A stretch of 64,000 nucleotides of DNA from positions 109,952 to 173,951 of the forward strand of contig JBBCJN010000007.1 of NCBI GenBank assembly GCA_037190785.1. Direction: 5' to 3'. How positions within the stretch are numbered: position 1 is the stretch's first letter; each line of letters starts with the position of its first letter. Under the pieces are notes generated by a model. That model was not told the origin of the DNA. It did not search any database and saw only the letters and a program-made list of their open reading frames with translations. The stretch is from Pedobacter sp. Lineage in GTDB: Bacteria > Bacteroidota > Bacteroidia > Sphingobacteriales > Sphingobacteriaceae. The position numbers and the translations under genes were made by a program. This document shows, one piece after another, positions 61,892 through 64,000 of the stretch.

Positions 61892-61932
61892 CGGTTTTTT
61901 CAAAAAAAGCAAAACTGGACAAAAGGAAATCA

Positions 61933-62150
61933 ATGGATATCCGAAGAGAAAAACTGTCTTCTGCTGAGGGAGGGAAACGTTTATTGTTGCATTCTTGGTG
62001 TGCTCCCTGTTCAGGAGAGGTCAGGTAGGCTATCATCGCCGCTGAAATTGAATTTACCCTCTTTTTTTATAACCTTAATATCCATCCCAGAAAAGAGTAT
62101 GAAATTCGCAAGGAGGAGAACGTCAGATTTGCTGAGAAACATCGTATTCC
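61933..62150 (+). pseudogene. queH: Epoxyqueuosine reductase QueH (DUF208) 5' fragment with in-frame stop
   Basis: Hand translation from ATG 61933: [72 protein letters not shown]. Resembles QueH HSCCAPCSGEVMEA...FYNPNIHP..EY..RKEEN.RFAEKHGIP; TAG at 62026-62028; truncated near 62150. Confidence 0.85.
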
Positions 62151-62323
62151 ATCACTCACCACGTATCCCTTCTAAGGAAGAAATGGTACAACTTCTTCAA
62201 AGGGCAAAAGCCATTATTCCGGAAGATCAGCTTTGGGTAAATCCGGATTGTGAACTTAAAACCAGGCATTGGGATGACACACAAAAAGCCCTTAAAGCGA
62301 TGGTAGAAGCCGTGCCTTTGTGA
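62151..62323 (+). pseudogene. metE: Cobalamin-independent methionine synthase MetE 3' fragment
   Basis: [40 protein letters not shown]...ALKAMVEA matches the MetE C-terminus (HSPRVP...LWVNPDCGLKTR); only about 57 codons remain. Confidence 0.88.
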
Positions 62324-62365
62324 CATCTCGGCGTATGAAAGTGAACTTTTAAAAACACCTGTCTT

Positions 62366-62402
62366 AAAATACCGGATCGGCTAATTCCTGTTCCGGTATT
62401 TT
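62366..62402. terminator. Hairpin between metE remnant and convergent pdeM
   Basis: AAAATACCGGA...TCCGGTATTTT. Confidence 0.65.
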
Positions 62403-62443
62403 TGGGGATAATCCAAAAACCATGGACCCCATCCGGTTCAATA

Positions 62444-63079
62444 TTAAATGCTGATTATTTGCTGAGGAGTAATGGCAAATACCCGGTCACTGGCAGTTGG
62501 TTGAATTAATTTTAGACCTGTAAAATGACTGAAAGCAGGTAAAATGGCGTATTTTTCACCGAAATAGAAGCAGGGTAACCGTAGGCGCTGTTTTACCTTG
62601 TTGGAGATTAGGACACCAGGATGCAGGTGACCGCTAATGGGATACAAATCTGAAAAACTATTTTTTGCATCATGGACAAAACAGAATGGTTCCATTTGAA
62701 AGCTAGGTTCAAATACCTCGATCCGCATGTCTTTGTAAACAGTTTCGTGTTGCCTGTCGTGGTTGCCTTTCACCAGTATAAAGCGGATTTCTCTCCAGCT
62801 CTCTTTCCATCGGCCGAACTCGGCGATTTCCTCGTTCCAGTCACTATGGAACATGTCTCCGTTGATCACTAGGGTATGGGGCTGGTAGTGGTCAAGCAAA
62901 TGGGATAAACGTTGAAGATCTTTTTGAGCTACCTGGTCGGGGATCGCGATTCCCGCTTTACGAAAATGGGCTGCTTTTCCTAGGTGAAGGTCACTAATCA
63001 CCAATACCCGTCTTTCCGGGAAATAGAGGGCTCTTTCAACGTCTAAAATAAGCTGCTCAGATCGGATGGAAATTTTCAC
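62444..63079 (-). CDS. pdeM: Ligase-associated DNA damage response endonuclease PdeM (metallophosphoesterase)
   Basis: ISDLHLGKAAHFR, NGDMFHS, KGNHDR, SGHLHPG, LPAFSHFTG. Confidence 0.88.
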   Translation of the reverse strand: MKISIRSEQLILDVERALYFPERRVLVISDLHLGKAAHFRKAGIAIPDQVAQKDLQRLSHLLDHYQPHTLVINGDMFHSDWNEEIAEFGRWKESWREIRFILVKGNHDRQHETVYKDMRIEVFEPSFQMEPFCFVHDAKNSFSDLYPISGHLHPGVLISNKVKQRLRLPCFYFGEKYAILPAFSHFTGLKLIQPTASDRVFAITPQQIISI

Positions 63080-63122
63080 TTTACAAAAATAAGGATTTCA
63101 GGATTGAGAATGTGCCTCGCGG

Positions 63123-63998
63123 CTATTTGAATAGTTCTTTCTTCATACGCTCAATTCGTTTTTCTAACTCCTCAGAGCTCATGGTGGCTCTTAAACTGTC
63201 CACTTTGATGGGAAAGGAAAGGGGGGTAAATCTTTTGGGATAGGTAAGAATGATGTTGCTGTGCTGAATTCTCTGTAATGCGGCTATCAGACGGGGCTCA
63301 TCCAGCTGTTGGTAAAAAACTTCCTCATACGCCTGCCGGAGGAGGAGGTTGTGAGCGTCAAAATCACGGAACACATCGAAAAATAGTCCGGAGCTGGCTT
63401 GTAAATGTTTGTTGCTTACATATTTGCCGGGGTAGCCCTGAAATACCAGCCCTGAGATACAGGCAATGTCCCGAAATTTTCTTCGAGCCATTTCGGTAGA
63501 ATTGATGCTTCGCTGCATGTCTTCATTTAGGTTTTCCGGAGAAAAGATAGCGTAGGCGATGGCATCGTCCATTGGAATTTCGACATCACTGAGCAATTCA
63601 AAACCATAATCATTCATAGCGATGGAAAAAGTAATTGGCAGGAGTTTACTTAGACGATAAGCGACAAGTGCTGCCATAATTTCATGGATCAACCTTCCTT
63701 CGAAAGGGTAAGCAAACAGATGGAAACCCTCTCTGTTGGAGATCATTTCTATTAATAGTTCATGACTTTGAGGTACATGAGAGCGTTCCTTCTGTGTTAA
63801 GAATAAAGGATATACGGTGTGGAGTTCCTCATCCAGATGATTCTTCTCCAATACTTCATTGTATTTTTTGCGAAGGACTTCACTTAGGTTGGATGAAAGG
63901 GGTAGTCGGCCACCCAGCCAGCTCGGCGTAATTCCTTTCTTCTGCTTACTTTTTCGGACGATGACCGTCATCTCCTTAAGTTGTATGAACTCCAGCAC
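63123..63998 (-). CDS. Ligase-associated DEXH-box (Lhr-like) helicase, 3' part (5' beyond window)
   Basis: WLGGRLPLSS, YPFEGRLIHE, NDYGFELLS, EMARRKFRDIACISGL, PKRFTPLSFPI; upstream of pdeM. Confidence 0.88.
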   Translation of the reverse strand: MLEFIQLKEMTVIVRKSKQKKGITPSWLGGRLPLSSNLSEVLRKKYNEVLEKNHLDEELHTVYPLFLTQKERSHVPQSHELLIEMISNREGFHLFAYPFEGRLIHEIMAALVAYRLSKLLPITFSIAMNDYGFELLSDVEIPMDDAIAYAIFSPENLNEDMQRSINSTEMARRKFRDIACISGLVFQGYPGKYVSNKHLQASSGLFFDVFRDFDAHNLLLRQAYEEVFYQQLDEPRLIAALQRIQHSNIILTYPKRFTPLSFPIKVDSLRATMSSEELEKRIERMKKELFK

Positions 63999-64000
63999 CC

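Noticed and set aside
62000-62323. 107-aa ORF as a genuine novel protein
   Set aside because: Its N-half is the out-of-frame reading of the queH remnant and its C-half is the MetE tail

Overview
A chromosomal window from a Bacteroidota organism, most likely Sphingobacteriaceae (Pedobacter-like), judged from gene content, TAnnTTTG-type promoters and A-rich translation starts. Bases 1 to about 45.7 kb are mostly housekeeping: mtaB, lgt, inositol monophosphatase, Nfu scaffold, purB, an ECF sigma plus anti-sigma-like/trypsin protease pair, Prx, a DUF2723 GT-C protein, lysC, yggS, mutS2, CoA transferase A/B, udk, a LysM protein, dps, a UbiD-family gene, a FadL-like barrel, proS, a cystathionine gamma-lyase/synthase, a Dpm1-like GT2, two POT transporters, a thiolase, an SPFH operon and a 7TM-HD protein, ending at tRNA-Ser(GCT). 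From about 45.7 to 62.4 kb lies an accessory-looking block: two more ECF systems, EamA, MarR-GNAT, FecR with an STN beta-barrel, a PchR-like AraC regulator, a YbtPQ-like ABC pair and a fabH paralog. The window ends in pdeM and the 3' part of an Lhr-like helicase. Main result not shown by the ORF track: a cobalamin riboswitch (about 60365-60527) lies upstream of an intact fabH paralog, which is followed directly by a decayed queH 5' fragment joined to a metE 3' fragment. This reads as a B12-responsive operon in which fabH is the only surviving gene. Other items missed by the track are a 55-aa lipoprotein with five O-glycosylation sequons, a Pro-rich uORF and structured leader before EamA, and three palindromic operators. 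I saw no CRISPR array, integrase or IS element. All family assignments come from motif recognition by eye, without database searches.
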